The notes under the pieces were generated by a model that saw only the letters and a program-made list of their open reading frames with translations, had not been told where the DNA came from and made no database searches. The position numbers and the translations under genes were made by a program. 60,676 bases of DNA from positions 1 to 60,676 of the forward strand of contig DASULA010000093.1 in assembly GCA_036278435.1 (NCBI GenBank), in the 5' to 3' direction. Each line of letters starts with the position of its first letter. Within the stretch, counting starts at the first letter, position 1. The DNA comes from Mycobacteriales bacterium. GTDB taxonomy: Bacteria; Actinomycetota; Actinomycetes; Mycobacteriales; DASULA01. Positions 1 through 10,160 of the stretch are shown one piece after another.

Positions 1-31
1 GCGGTCCTGCGCGCCCGGGCCGGAGGGGACC

Positions 32-1675
32 TCACAGACCAAATGCGAGAAGGACGTAGCCGTTGTCCGTGGGGTAGAAGGGGAAGTAGCCCGACTGGAC
101 GAACATCATGCCGTTGGACACCACCGCGCCGCCGTTGCCGGAAAGAGCGCTGCCGGTACCTGTCAGCCCGTTGACCCCGGCGAAGTCCCGTACTGTGTCG
201 TACTCGGAGAGCACCGCGCCGGTGTCCGCGCTGAACGTCCGCATCTTGCCGTCCGCGCTGCCCTCATAGACCACGCCGGGGCTTGAGGTCACCGCCGGGG
301 TGAGGGACAGCTCGCACAGGTCCGGGAATTTGGCCGCACCGCCCAAGCTACAACCGTCGGACGGGTTCGGGGTAGACCAGAGGGTGGTTCCGGTGGCCGG
401 GTCCAGGGCGAACAGGGTGCCGGGCATGGCCTTCCAGGTGGCGATGTACAGTCGCCTGCCGTCGTAGCTCACGCCCCACTGGATGCCACCGACCCCGTCG
501 GGTGCCTCGAGACCCAGTGTCCTCTCCCAGACGGTTGCTCCGGTTTGGGCGTCGAGCATGTGGTACACACCGTTCTTCTGCCCGACACCGACGAGAGTGC
601 GCCGACCCTCGTGGATCACGGTCGGCGCCGCCGACACGTCGTAGTCCAGGGCGGTGCCGTTGATCAGTCCGGGACAGAAGCCCGGATCACCCTGCGAGCA
701 GGTCTGGCGGTAGGTGTCGGCCGGAGTCATCTGCCTCTTCCACCTGACCCGTCCAGTGGCCGCGTTCAGGGCGAGGAGCGAATCAATGTCGCCGGCCGGG
801 TCGATGTGGTTGGGGCCGACGGCGGTGTAGTTGTTGCCGGTACCGATATAGAGCGTGCCGGTGGCCGGGTCGATCGCCGGCGTGCCCCACACCGCACCGC
901 CAGATGGCGCGAACATTGTCGCTCCGCTGGGCCAGGTGCCCACCGCGGTCGGCGGTGGAACCGTGTAGTACCGCCACACCACCGCACCCGTGTCGGCATC
1001 CAGCGCGACCACGCTACCCCGGAAGGTGCAGCACGGATAAGATGTCCCGTTTGCATTCTCGGTGCTGGACACGCCGACGAAGACGGTGCCGTGGTAATAG
1101 ACCGGAGAACCGGTGATGCCGGCGAACTGATTGCTATCCAGTTGGGTGGTCCATAATAACGCCCCGGTACTCGTTTGCAGCGCGTACATCCGTCCACGAT
1201 GATCACCGAAGATGACCTTACCATGCTGCACCGTTGGCCCGTCCCACACGGCGGTGTCGCCCTGGCCGGGCGCAATCGTGTTGAGGTCGAAGGTCCATCG
1301 GGTCGCCCCGGTCGCGGCGTTCAGGGCGTAGAACTTGCCGTCCGGGCTGCCGAAGTATACGACGCCGCCGACCACCGCCGGCTGACTCTTCGCCAACTTG
1401 AAGGGTAGCTTCGGGTACGCGAAGGCCCATTTGACCTTGAGTCGACCGACATTGCCCGCCGTGATCTCCGTTTCGTTGGCGGCGTAGCGGGAGCCGTTCA
1501 GGTCGTGTGACCAGCTCGCCCAGTCCCCGTAGCCGACGGCCGATGCTACCCGCGAGTGTGCGGGGCTCGCCGTCGCCGTCGCCGTGGTTGACAGCAGCAG
1601 GGCGATTACCGCGATCAGTTGAAACGTCCATGTACCGAGTTTTCGAGAGCGCAATTCTGCAGCCCTTTCTGGCAT
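32..1675 (-). CDS. Secreted PQQ-like beta-propeller repeat protein (BamB/quinoprotein-type repeats)
   Basis: 547-aa ORF. N-terminal hydrophobic signal-like segment (LIAVIALLLSTTATATA) followed by repeated G.VY.G / W-containing blade motifs typical of PQQ-like propellers. Confidence 0.8.
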   Translation of the reverse strand: MPERAAELRSRKLGTWTFQLIAVIALLLSTTATATASPAHSRVASAVGYGDWASWSHDLNGSRYAANETEITAGNVGRLKVKWAFAYPKLPFKLAKSQPAVVGGVVYFGSPDGKFYALNAATGATRWTFDLNTIAPGQGDTAVWDGPTVQHGKVIFGDHRGRMYALQTSTGALLWTTQLDSNQFAGITGSPVYYHGTVFVGVSSTENANGTSYPCCTFRGSVVALDADTGAVVWRYYTVPPPTAVGTWPSGATMFAPSGGAVWGTPAIDPATGTLYIGTGNNYTAVGPNHIDPAGDIDSLLALNAATGRVRWKRQMTPADTYRQTCSQGDPGFCPGLINGTALDYDVSAAPTVIHEGRRTLVGVGQKNGVYHMLDAQTGATVWERTLGLEAPDGVGGIQWGVSYDGRRLYIATWKAMPGTLFALDPATGTTLWSTPNPSDGCSLGGAAKFPDLCELSLTPAVTSSPGVVYEGSADGKMRTFSADTGAVLSEYDTVRDFAGVNGLTGTGSALSGNGGAVVSNGMMFVQSGYFPFYPTDNGYVLLAFGL

Positions 1676-2106
1676 TCATGCGGCGCGGACCGAGGCGGCC
1701 GCTCTGTGCGTGTACCGTGACACGGAGCGATCCCAACCGCATGGGTCTCGCGTCCCGCCCCGGCTGGGAAAATGCCGCGCCCGCCAGGGTGCCATCACTC
1801 ACCGATACGAAAACCAGCGTCCCGGCGACGCGGGATCATCGGCTCATGTCGGGGGGACGAGGCCGGCGGAAACTTGTCGTGTCGAACACCGGTTCCGTCG
1901 ATGATCGCAGGCGAACTGTTGCGTTCCCCGGCGGAAGATCAGGCATCCGAACAGCAGGCGACGATCCGGCCGCGCCGGCCTGGGCCGGCAGACAGGATCG
2001 ATGAATCGGTCGTGGTTACGGTGTCCGGCGCCCACATGGGTCGACGACGGCGCCGAACGTGCCCGGTCGGATGCTCCGCATATTGTGCCCCACGACGAGA
2101 AGAGGA

Positions 2107-3318
2107 ATGCGCATGGGAGAGATCATCAGCGCCTGGGGGGACAATTCGAACGGCCAGCTCGGTGATGGGAGCACACTCGAGCACCACGCGCCAACCGAGG
2201 TGAAGGGCCTGGTCGGGGTGCGCAAGGTCGAGGCGGGCAGCGGGCACGTGGTCGCCCTCCTGGAGAACGGCACCGCCTATGCGTGGGGGCGGAACGCGTT
2301 CGGCCAGACCGGTGACGGCACGACCGACAACCAGGACCGGCCGTGCGAGGTCAGGCTCGACGGCATCAAGGACATCGCTCCGGGCGGCGGGCACACGCTG
2401 TTTCTTCGCGCCGACGGCACGGTGTGGGGGTGCGGCGCCGGCTTCTTCGGAGTGCTCGGCCCGAAGAACCTGCGGGTGCATCCTGTGCCGGTCAGGCTCG
2501 ACACCCCAGGCGACATCGTCCAGCTCGTCTCCGGTGGAAGCCACGGGCTCGCCCTGCTCGGCGACGGCACCGTGTGGAGTTGGGGGCGTAACGACGTCGG
2601 CCAGCTCGGTGATGGACCCCGACCGGGGCCGGGCACGATCGCGCAGGAACACGCCGGCCGTGCCTACCCGTGCCGGCCCGTCCCCGCCCAGGTACCCGGG
2701 CTGGAGCAGGTCAGTGCCGTGGCGGCCGGTGGTGGCCACAGCCTCGCCGTAATCGACGACGGCGGCCTGTTCGGCTGGGGATCCAACGACCGCGGCCAGC
2801 TCGGTGACGGAACGACGACTCACCGGTCGCGCCCGACCCGCGCCGCGCTCACCGGCGTACGCGCGGTCGCCGGCGCCTACCATCACACCCTCGCGCTGCT
2901 CACCGACGGGACCCTGCGGGCCTTCGGAATCAACGACCGAGGCCAACTCGGCGACGGAACCACCACCGACAGCAGCGTTCCGGTCGAGGTCAGGGGACTG
3001 CGCGGCGTCCACCTCGTGGTAGCCACCGGGGGTGGCGGTGACCAGAATCCCGGCGGCCACGGGCACAACCTGGCACTGCTCGACGACGGCACCGTGTGGG
3101 CCTGGGGCTGCAACGACCACGGCGAACTCGGTACCGGCGACACCGACTCGCACCTCGTTCCCGTCCTACTCCCTGGCCTGCGAGGGGTGCGGTACGTGAC
3201 CACCGGCGGCGAGGTACCGGGCTTCCGGGAGAACCCGGGTGGCGGTTTCGTCCTCGCCGTTCACGAAGAGATGGTGCCCGAACAGCCGAGGAGGGTACGT
3301 CGTGACCGCACCACCTGA
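2107..3318 (+). CDS. RCC1-repeat (alpha-tubulin suppressor-like) protein
   Basis: Seven recurrences of the WG.N..GQLGDG blade motif. ATG at 2107 or 2113 follows GAGAAGAGGA. The upstream part of tracked ORF 2059.. is unlikely to be translated. Confidence 0.8.
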   Translation: MRMGEIISAWGDNSNGQLGDGSTLEHHAPTEVKGLVGVRKVEAGSGHVVALLENGTAYAWGRNAFGQTGDGTTDNQDRPCEVRLDGIKDIAPGGGHTLFLRADGTVWGCGAGFFGVLGPKNLRVHPVPVRLDTPGDIVQLVSGGSHGLALLGDGTVWSWGRNDVGQLGDGPRPGPGTIAQEHAGRAYPCRPVPAQVPGLEQVSAVAAGGGHSLAVIDDGGLFGWGSNDRGQLGDGTTTHRSRPTRAALTGVRAVAGAYHHTLALLTDGTLRAFGINDRGQLGDGTTTDSSVPVEVRGLRGVHLVVATGGGGDQNPGGHGHNLALLDDGTVWAWGCNDHGELGTGDTDSHLVPVLLPGLRGVRYVTTGGEVPGFRENPGGGFVLAVHEEMVPEQPRRVRRDRTT

Positions 3319-4336
3319 CCCGTCGGTCCTGGCCGACATCACCGCACTGCACGAACTGATGTTCCCCGCCGCCGGGCAGTGCATCCGCGTCGCCGCGGAA
3401 CTCCGCCTGGCCACCCTGCTGGCCGACAAGCCGCGCAGTGTCGCGGAACTGTCCGCGCAGACGTCCACCGTCGCACCCGCACTCCACACGGTTCTGCGGG
3501 TCCTCGCCGACGAGGACATATTCGCCGAGGTGGCGCCGGGGGTGTTCGCGAACACCCGACGATCCGTTCTGCTTAGTCCTGACATGCCCCACTCGCAGTA
3601 CACGATGGCGCAGTTCGCCGGAGCGGAATGGCTGTGGTCCTGCTACAGCAGTCTCAACCACAGCGTCGCGACTGGCGCAGCCGCATTCGACCGGATCTTT
3701 CGGACGAATCTGTGGGCCTGGATGGCTCGGCAACCGGAGCGAGCCCGGCAGTTCAACGACGCCATGAACGAGTTCTCGACCACCGTCGGGCCGATCATCG
3801 CCCAGTCCTACGCTGAGTTCGGACGGGCCAGTGTGGTCGCCGACCTCGGCGGCGGGCAGGGTTCGTTCCTGGCCAGCATCCTGTCGGCGTATCCGACCGT
3901 CGGACGCGGGGTGCTCGTCGACCTGCCCGCGGTGATCGAGCAGGCCAGGACCAGGGAAGAACTGGACCTGCTGGTCGGACATGACCGTCTGGAGTTCTTC
4001 GCCGGTGACTTCTTCGACGACGTGCCCGCCCACGTCGACTTGTACGTGACGAAGCAGATCATGCACTCGTGGAACGACGAGCGGCTCGTCACGCTCCTGA
4101 AGCGGTGCCGGGACGCCTCTCCCACGGCCAACATCGCCGCCGTCGAACTCGTACAACGGCCCGGCATGACGCGGTTCGTGAAGAACTTCGACGTGATCAT
4201 GCTGGTAACCATGGCCGGCGCCATCCGCTCCACGGAGGACTTCGCCGCCGTGTTCGACCAGGCCGGTTACGCCCTACGCCGTGTGGTGTCAACGGGTACC
4301 GCCTTCTCGATCATCGAAGCCGTGCCCACCGGCTGA
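3302..4336 (+). CDS. Class I SAM-dependent O-methyltransferase (family-2 O-MT with N-terminal dimerisation domain)
   Basis: VADLGGGQG SAM-binding motif and O-MT family-2 architecture. GTG at 3302 lies 7 nt after GGAGGG. Confidence 0.85.
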   Translation: MTAPPDPSVLADITALHELMFPAAGQCIRVAAELRLATLLADKPRSVAELSAQTSTVAPALHTVLRVLADEDIFAEVAPGVFANTRRSVLLSPDMPHSQYTMAQFAGAEWLWSCYSSLNHSVATGAAAFDRIFRTNLWAWMARQPERARQFNDAMNEFSTTVGPIIAQSYAEFGRASVVADLGGGQGSFLASILSAYPTVGRGVLVDLPAVIEQARTREELDLLVGHDRLEFFAGDFFDDVPAHVDLYVTKQIMHSWNDERLVTLLKRCRDASPTANIAAVELVQRPGMTRFVKNFDVIMLVTMAGAIRSTEDFAAVFDQAGYALRRVVSTGTAFSIIEAVPTG

Positions 4337-4373
4337 GCCAGCCAGCACACTCCTTGACCGGGAGGAACGGAAC

Positions 4374-5162
4374 ATGAGCCAGCCGATAAGCGAAATGAAG
4401 GATCCGCTGCGGGCCCGACGTGTGTTGGTCGCCGGTGGCGACGGTGAGATCGGCAGCGCGATCAGCGCGAGCCTGGCGGCCGACGGTGCCGACGTGGCGA
4501 TCGCGAGCATTGCCGGTAATTCGGCGAACGACCTCGCCAGCCGACTCGCCGACGGGAAGAACCGCACGGCAGGCTACGAAGCCGATGTCACAGACTCGCG
4601 GAGCGTTGCGGAGCTTGTTGAGAGCATCACGACCGCCTGGGGCGGCATCGACGTGCTCGTCAACTGTGTCGGAATCCTCAAGGTGAGTTCTGCCGAAGAC
4701 TTTGACGCTGCCGACTGGCGTGAGGTTATCGAAACGAACCTCGTTGGCGCCTTCCTGCTCTCGCAGGCCGTGGGTCGAGTCATGATCAAGAACGGTGACG
4801 GTGGCAGGATGGTCCACCTGTCCTCCGTGCGCGGCGCCGTCGGTCTGTCCGTGGGCGGTTTCACCGCGTACGGGGCGAGCAAGGCCGGTCTCCACCTGCT
4901 GATCAAGCAGCTCGCGGCGGAGTGGGGAAAGCACCAGATCTCGGTGAACGGGGTGGCTGCCGGGTTCGTGCGAACCCGCCTGTCCGCGAAGGCGCTTGAG
5001 ACCGACGACTTCCAGAAGCTGGTGGCCGCCCGCACCCCATTGGGCCGGGTCGCCGAGATACAGGACGTCGCCAACGCTGCCGTCTATCTCGCCGGCCCCC
5101 GCTCCGGCTTCGTTACTGGTCAGGTGCTCTTTGTCGACGGCGGCTTGACGGCCACCCAGTGA
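4374..5162 (+). CDS. Short-chain dehydrogenase/reductase (SDR)
   Basis: N-terminal GGDGEIG Rossmann motif and YGASK catalytic motif. ATG at 4374 is preceded by GGAGGAACGGAAC. Confidence 0.85.
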   Translation: MSQPISEMKDPLRARRVLVAGGDGEIGSAISASLAADGADVAIASIAGNSANDLASRLADGKNRTAGYEADVTDSRSVAELVESITTAWGGIDVLVNCVGILKVSSAEDFDAADWREVIETNLVGAFLLSQAVGRVMIKNGDGGRMVHLSSVRGAVGLSVGGFTAYGASKAGLHLLIKQLAAEWGKHQISVNGVAAGFVRTRLSAKALETDDFQKLVAARTPLGRVAEIQDVANAAVYLAGPRSGFVTGQVLFVDGGLTATQ

Positions 5163-5187
5163 ACCTGTCACCCGAGAAGGGACTCAG

Positions 5188-6252
5188 ATGGCCATCTCGA
5201 TGACCACGCCCACCCAGTCGAACGCCCTTCCGCGCACCCCCGGTGCGCCCCCGCCCATGCAGATGATGGAAATGCTGTACGGAGCGCTGGCGACCCAGTT
5301 GATCTCCGTCGCAGCCGAGTACGGAATCGCCGACCTGCTCTGTGAGGGACCACGGCCCGTCGCCGACCTGGCCGCCGGCAGCGGCACGCATCCCGGTGCC
5401 CTGTACCGCGTGTTGCGCGCGCTGGCTGGCCTCGGTGTGTTCGCCGAAGTCGCCCCGGGAGTCTTCGGGCTGACACCGCTCGCCGAGACCCTCCGCGGTG
5501 GTGTGTCGGGCTCGATGAAGGAGATCGCCCAGGATGTGGGCGGCCGAACCCGGTTGCTGGCCTATGCCGAACTCTCCCACAGCCTGCGCACCGGCCAGCC
5601 CGCGTTCGACCACGCGCATGGGATGGGCATGTGGCCGTACCTGCGAGACCACCCCGACGAGGTGGCGCTGTTCAGTCGAGCGATGGGCAACCTGGCCAGC
5701 CAGGCGCACTCCGCGGCGTTCGCGGTCCACGACCTGTCCGACGTGCGGTGCCTGGTCGACGTGGGTGGCGGGGAGGGCCACCTCGTTGCCGCGGTTCTGC
5801 CCCGGTACCCGGACCTGAGGGCCATCGTCTTCGACGAACCCCATGTCACGCGCGGGGCGGACCGGGTACTCGCCGACGCCGGTCTCACCGGACGGGTGGA
5901 CATCGTCGGCGGCAACGTCTTCGAGGCGGTGCCCGAAGGCGGCGACGCCTACGTGCTGTCGTCCATACTGTTCAGCTACGAGGATGAGGACGCCGGTACG
6001 ATCCTGACCAACATCCGGCGGGTTCTGACGTCGAACGGCAGGGTTCTCGTCCTCGAACCGGTCCTCTCGACCGGAAACGACCCGCACCCCGGAAAGCTCC
6101 TCGACGTGTGCCAACTTGCCCTGCATCGCGGCGGTGTTCGCACCGAGACCGAGTGGTTGGCGCTCCTTGACTCCGCGGGATTCCGGCTGGCCGAGATGAA
6201 GAGGATGTGGCCCTCGTCGCCGACCGATTTGATCGTCGCCGTTCCGGCCTAG
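5188..6252 (+). CDS. Class I SAM-dependent O-methyltransferase (second family-2 O-MT)
   Basis: VDVGGGEGH SAM motif. Overall collinear with the 3302..4336 product. Confidence 0.85.
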   Translation: MAISMTTPTQSNALPRTPGAPPPMQMMEMLYGALATQLISVAAEYGIADLLCEGPRPVADLAAGSGTHPGALYRVLRALAGLGVFAEVAPGVFGLTPLAETLRGGVSGSMKEIAQDVGGRTRLLAYAELSHSLRTGQPAFDHAHGMGMWPYLRDHPDEVALFSRAMGNLASQAHSAAFAVHDLSDVRCLVDVGGGEGHLVAAVLPRYPDLRAIVFDEPHVTRGADRVLADAGLTGRVDIVGGNVFEAVPEGGDAYVLSSILFSYEDEDAGTILTNIRRVLTSNGRVLVLEPVLSTGNDPHPGKLLDVCQLALHRGGVRTETEWLALLDSAGFRLAEMKRMWPSSPTDLIVAVPA

Positions 6253-6511
6253 CGCGGCGGCCGGTGTCGACACCTGGATCCGCGGCCAGCATGCCGGCCG
6301 CGGCCGAACCCGTCGCGCGGCCGACAGCGGCCGGATGAACGAAGGCACGCGTCCGGCGAGTGAATACCCGGACCGGGGGCGCTGCCGTGCCTGGCTGGCC
6401 AGGACCCTTGATGGCACCGCGTTCCGCCCGCCCGGATGATGCCCTGACGGCGACCGCGGGAGACGTTTCGAGCCTCTGCGCCGGGGTGGAGGCAGCCCGA
6501 AGGAGAACTCG

Positions 6512-7360
6512 ATGAGGGTGAATACGACCTCGGATCCCAGAACGTTCGCATCGAGAGCCGGTGACTGGCTGGCGCGCGAACCGGTCGCGAACAACGTGCT
6601 CCTGGTTCACGCCCTGGATCCGGCAGGGATACCTCCAGGTGATGGGGAACCCGTGTTCGCCTGGATCGAGGACCCGGCCGGATCGGTGTTGGGAGCCGGG
6701 TTCACCAGGGCGCCGTACCGGATGACCATCTCGGCGATGCCCGTCGCGGCCTCCCGCGCCCTGGCCGAACGGCTCGCCGAACTACAGACCGCGTTGCCCG
6801 GAGTGAACGGCCCCACCGACGCCGCCACCCAGTTCGCGGCCAGGTGGTCGGAACTCGCCGGAACGCCGGCGCATCGCGAACGGGAACAGTGGATCATGCA
6901 GTGCCTTGAGACAGTCCGGCCCGCCGATCCGCCCGGTCGGCCCCGGCTGGCCACCCACGACGACCTGGACATGGTTGCCGAGTGGTTCTCGGCCAGCATG
7001 CGCGACAGCGGCATGACCAGACAGGACGTCCTGCGCCGGAGCCGGCACCTGGTCGGCGGGCAGCTCGCCGGCAAGCGGCTCATCGTCTGGGAGGCCGAGG
7101 ACGGCACGCCGGTCGGCGCCGCCGGATGGGCCCCGCCGATCGCCGGCGTGGTGCGTCCCTCCGGCGTGTTCGTCGTCCCGGAACGACGCGACGGCGGGTA
7201 CGCGACGCTGTTGCTGGGCGAGGTGACCGCCCGGGCGCTCGAGTCCGGTGTGGACGCCTGTGTGTGCACCCACTACCTGAAGTACCAGTCGATGCAAGCC
7301 GTCGTGGAGAATGTCGGTTACCGCCGGTTGCTCGACCTCGTCGAGTACCGCTTCGACTGA
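6512..7360 (+). CDS. GNAT-family N-acetyltransferase
   Basis: C-terminal acetyl-CoA-binding-type segment FVVPERRDGGYATLLLGEV. 282-aa ORF with good third-position GC. Confidence 0.7.
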   Translation: MRVNTTSDPRTFASRAGDWLAREPVANNVLLVHALDPAGIPPGDGEPVFAWIEDPAGSVLGAGFTRAPYRMTISAMPVAASRALAERLAELQTALPGVNGPTDAATQFAARWSELAGTPAHREREQWIMQCLETVRPADPPGRPRLATHDDLDMVAEWFSASMRDSGMTRQDVLRRSRHLVGGQLAGKRLIVWEAEDGTPVGAAGWAPPIAGVVRPSGVFVVPERRDGGYATLLLGEVTARALESGVDACVCTHYLKYQSMQAVVENVGYRRLLDLVEYRFD

Positions 7361-7403
7361 GTTCCCCGGCTTGTGCTGATTCGCCTGTGAGGAAGGCAGT
7401 CCT

Positions 7404-8180
7404 ATGACCTCGAGTATCCCAACGTACCCAGATCTCGCCGGCAAGGTTGCCGTCGTGACCGGTGGCTCGCGCGGAATCGGCGCGGAAACGTGCCGGTTCT
7501 TTGCTGCGAACGGCATGAAGGTGGCGGTCTGCGGCCGGGACAAGGACGCCATCCAGTCGGTCGTCGACGACCTCCGATCGCGGTCGGCTGCGGCCATCGG
7601 GGTGGCCGCGGACTGTACCGACCGCGGTGCCATCGACCAACTTTTCGACACCACCAGTCGGCAGTTGGGGCCGGTGGACGTGCTGGCTGTCTTCGCCGGG
7701 TTCGACCTTGGTCCTGGTTCCGTCGAGCAGGTGACCGAAGAGGCGTGGCGTTCGGTGATCGACGGCAATCTCACCGCCACGTTCCTGACCGTACAGGCCG
7801 TCCTGGCCGGCATGGTCGAGCGTCGCGGTGGATCGATCATCACGATGTCCTCGGCGGCCGGCCGGTTGCCGGGTTGGTCGTCGGTCGCCTACGCCGCGGC
7901 GAAGGCCGGCATTCTCATGCTCACCCGCCGTGTCGCTCTCGACGTCGGCAGGCACAACATCCGGATCAACGCCCTGGCCCCGTCTGCGATCCTCACCGAA
8001 AGACAGGAGCAGCGGATCCCGGAGGTGGTCCGCAACAGGGTGATCGAGGAGCAGTTCCCGATCGCTCGCTGGGGGACGCCGGCCGACTGCGCCAACGCCG
8101 CGCTGTTCCTGGCCTCCGACGCCTCATCCTGGATCACGGGTGCGACGATCGACATCGCGGGCGGGAAGATCATGATGTAG
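7404..8180 (+). CDS. SDR family oxidoreductase (FabG-like)
   Basis: TGGSRGIG cofactor motif, YAAAK catalytic motif, NALAP segment. Confidence 0.85.
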   Translation: MTSSIPTYPDLAGKVAVVTGGSRGIGAETCRFFAANGMKVAVCGRDKDAIQSVVDDLRSRSAAAIGVAADCTDRGAIDQLFDTTSRQLGPVDVLAVFAGFDLGPGSVEQVTEEAWRSVIDGNLTATFLTVQAVLAGMVERRGGSIITMSSAAGRLPGWSSVAYAAAKAGILMLTRRVALDVGRHNIRINALAPSAILTERQEQRIPEVVRNRVIEEQFPIARWGTPADCANAALFLASDASSWITGATIDIAGGKIMM

Positions 8181-8190
8181 GAACTCATCG

Positions 8191-8230
8191 CCCGGTGCCG
8201 CCCGGTGCCGCCCGGTGCCGCCCGGTGCCG
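8191..8230. repeat. Perfect 10-bp tandem repeat CCCGGTGCCG x4
   Basis: Read directly from the sequence. It starts 11 nt after the stop of the SDR gene (8178-8180), in the gap between convergent genes. Confidence 0.9.
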
Positions 8231-8311
8231 CCGGAGCCATCCGGCCTTCCGGGTGCCATGGTGTCACGGGACCGCCGTGGATGCGTCCTGAGGCCGCGCA
8301 TCGGCGGCTGG

Positions 8312-8342
8312 GTGTGGCCACCGACATCGCAGGTGGCCACAC
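8312..8342. terminator. Hairpin (11-bp perfect stem, 9-nt loop) between convergent genes
   Basis: GTGTGGCCACC-gacatcgca-GGTGGCCACAC. It lies 15 nt beyond the stop (8357-8359) of the minus-strand LLM gene. No U-tract. Confidence 0.45.
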
Positions 8343-8356
8343 CCGAATCCGGCTGG

Positions 8357-9235
8357 TCAGGCCGACACCTGCGCCAGCCCGGGAACCGCCGCCACCAGCG
8401 CGGCCAGTTCCTGGGCCGCCCACGACCCGGAGGTGATCACGATCAGGTGCTCGATTCCCAGGGCCGCCAGCGTGGCGGCTCGGGCGACGAACTCCGCCGG
8501 CGTCTCACCGGGACTCAGGCGAGTGCTCACCGTCTTCTCGATCTCCTCGTAGGGCCGGCCGACCTCGGCGCAGTGCCGGGCCAGGACGGCGAGCTTGTTC
8601 CTGATCGTCTGGCCACCGTCGGGGATGTCGAACAGGTTGCAGGCATCGGCGTACTTCGCCACCAGGCGCAGTGTCCTGCGCTCGCCGGCTCCGCCGATCA
8701 GGATCGGAGGTCGGGGACGGTGCACGGCCTGTGGGCTGTTCAGCGTGCGGGTGAGCCGGTAGTGCTTTCCGTCGAACGGGAGTTCGTCAGCGGACCACAT
8801 CTGGTTGGCGATCCGCAGCGTCTCCTCCAGCCTTTCGAACCTCTCCGCGACCGGTGGCAGCAGCAGGCCAAGCGCACGTGCCTCGTACTCGTGGTAGCCG
8901 GCACCGATCCCGAGCCAGGCGCGCCCGGAGGACAGCACGTCGAGGGTGGTGACGGCCTTGACCAACAAAGCCGGTGGCCGGCTGGTCACGCTGGACACCA
9001 GGGTGCCGAGCCTGATCCGTTCAGTCCGTGCGGCGAGGAACCCCAACGTGGTGTACGCCTCGAGCATCTCCGCCTCGGGGCTACTGGTCGGATCGGCCTG
9101 CAGCAGGTGGTCGGCCACCCACACGGTGTCCACGCCGGTGTCGTCGACGGCCCGGACGATGTCGTTCAGGCGTGCGGCGATCTCGGTGGGGCCGCCCGGC
9201 CATGAGTAGCCGGTGACGCTGATACTTGCCCGCAT
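8357..9235 (-). CDS. LLM-class F420-dependent oxidoreductase (luciferase-like)
   Basis: N-terminus MRASISVTGYSWPGGP...VDTVWVADHLLQ and overall TIM-barrel LLM pattern. Confidence 0.8.
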   Translation of the reverse strand: MRASISVTGYSWPGGPTEIAARLNDIVRAVDDTGVDTVWVADHLLQADPTSSPEAEMLEAYTTLGFLAARTERIRLGTLVSSVTSRPPALLVKAVTTLDVLSSGRAWLGIGAGYHEYEARALGLLLPPVAERFERLEETLRIANQMWSADELPFDGKHYRLTRTLNSPQAVHRPRPPILIGGAGERRTLRLVAKYADACNLFDIPDGGQTIRNKLAVLARHCAEVGRPYEEIEKTVSTRLSPGETPAEFVARAATLAALGIEHLIVITSGSWAAQELAALVAAVPGLAQVSA

Positions 9236-9410
9236 GGTTTCTCTGCCCTTCGCGTCGATGGCTGTACGAATCCCCAGCTCCAGTCTTCACCGGCCGGCCT
9301 TGCCCCACCGGGTGTGCAAGGCGAGGCGCTGCTGTGGACACTGCGGATTGTCCGGTGCGGATGCGGCTGGCGAGCTTCGGACGAGCTGGCAGGTGAGGCG
9401 GCTGGCCGCC

Positions 9411-10160
9411 TCAGGTGGTGGCGTTGGCGGGTCGAGCCGCAGCGTCGTTCCCGCGAGCGGCCGCCTGCCGTCTGGGTGCCCTGTTCCGTGGCAACAGGAC
9501 ACTCATCAGCACCGTCCAGGCCATGGCGGCGAACCGGCCGATCGGGACCAGCGGTGCCAGCCCGGAGGCCACCATCGTGACAGTTGAGAGCACCGCCACG
9601 GCCGCGATCACGATACCGACCACTGACAGCCATCTGGGTAGGCGACGCAGGAACCACGACGTGATGGCGATCCCGAACACCATGAACCCGAGGGCTGCGG
9701 TGTGCGCGGGGCCCCCGGACAGGAACATCAGGTACTGGAGCGCACGTACCAGCGCGGGCTCGTCGGTGACAGCCGGGCGGGAGAGCACCCACTGGATCAT
9801 CGCGCTCACCGCGAGGAACACCGACGCGACGATGCCGCTCACCCCTCCGATCGCCGGACCGGGTGCGTTCGGCGCCAGGTAGTCCAGCCTGGACAGCGCG
9901 ATGGCGCTGAAGAGGGCGAGCGAAACCGCTGACAGGAACATCAGGAAGCCGTTGACCTCGGAGGCGTGATGACTGGTCGAGAAGTAGTGCTGGATGACGG
10001 CCGGACCGGCGAACGGCGACGGCAGGCTGCCGGAACCCAGGAGTGGACTGACGACCAGGGTCGCGATGAACAGCACCGCGAACGCGGTCGCCGGTGCGGC
10101 CAGCGGCGGCCCGGGATGTTGGGAACCTTTGCCCGCGGTGGTGCGGGCTGGGCTGCTCAT
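9411..10160 (-). CDS. Integral membrane protein, function unknown
   Basis: 249-aa ORF with about six hydrophobic spans. No recognisable catalytic motif. Confidence 0.6.
   Translation of the reverse strand: MSSPARTTAGKGSQHPGPPLAAPATAFAVLFIATLVVSPLLGSGSLPSPFAGPAVIQHYFSTSHHASEVNGFLMFLSAVSLALFSAIALSRLDYLAPNAPGPAIGGVSGIVASVFLAVSAMIQWVLSRPAVTDEPALVRALQYLMFLSGGPAHTAALGFMVFGIAITSWFLRRLPRWLSVVGIVIAAVAVLSTVTMVASGLAPLVPIGRFAAMAWTVLMSVLLPRNRAPRRQAAARGNDAAARPANATT

Noticed and set aside
1939-3153. Long ORFs lying antisense to, or out of frame with, recognised genes. Examples: 1939..3153(-), 2990..4156(-), 5113..6594(-), 7490..9205(+), 16565..17704(-), 28262..29548(-), 32540..33976(-), 55812..57353(-), 58162..59226(-).
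   Set aside because: Their translations are Arg/Pro/Gly/Ala-rich low-complexity text with no motifs. Each overlaps a gene with clear family signatures on the other strand or frame. This is typical stop-codon-poor shadow ORF behaviour in ~75% GC DNA.
8191-8230. The 10-bp tandem array considered as a CRISPR array or as a coding repeat.
   Set aside because: The units are contiguous with no spacers and far too short for CRISPR. The array lies after the stop codon of the SDR gene, and the overlapping tracked ORFs (8124..8423, 8215..8436) have no coding character.
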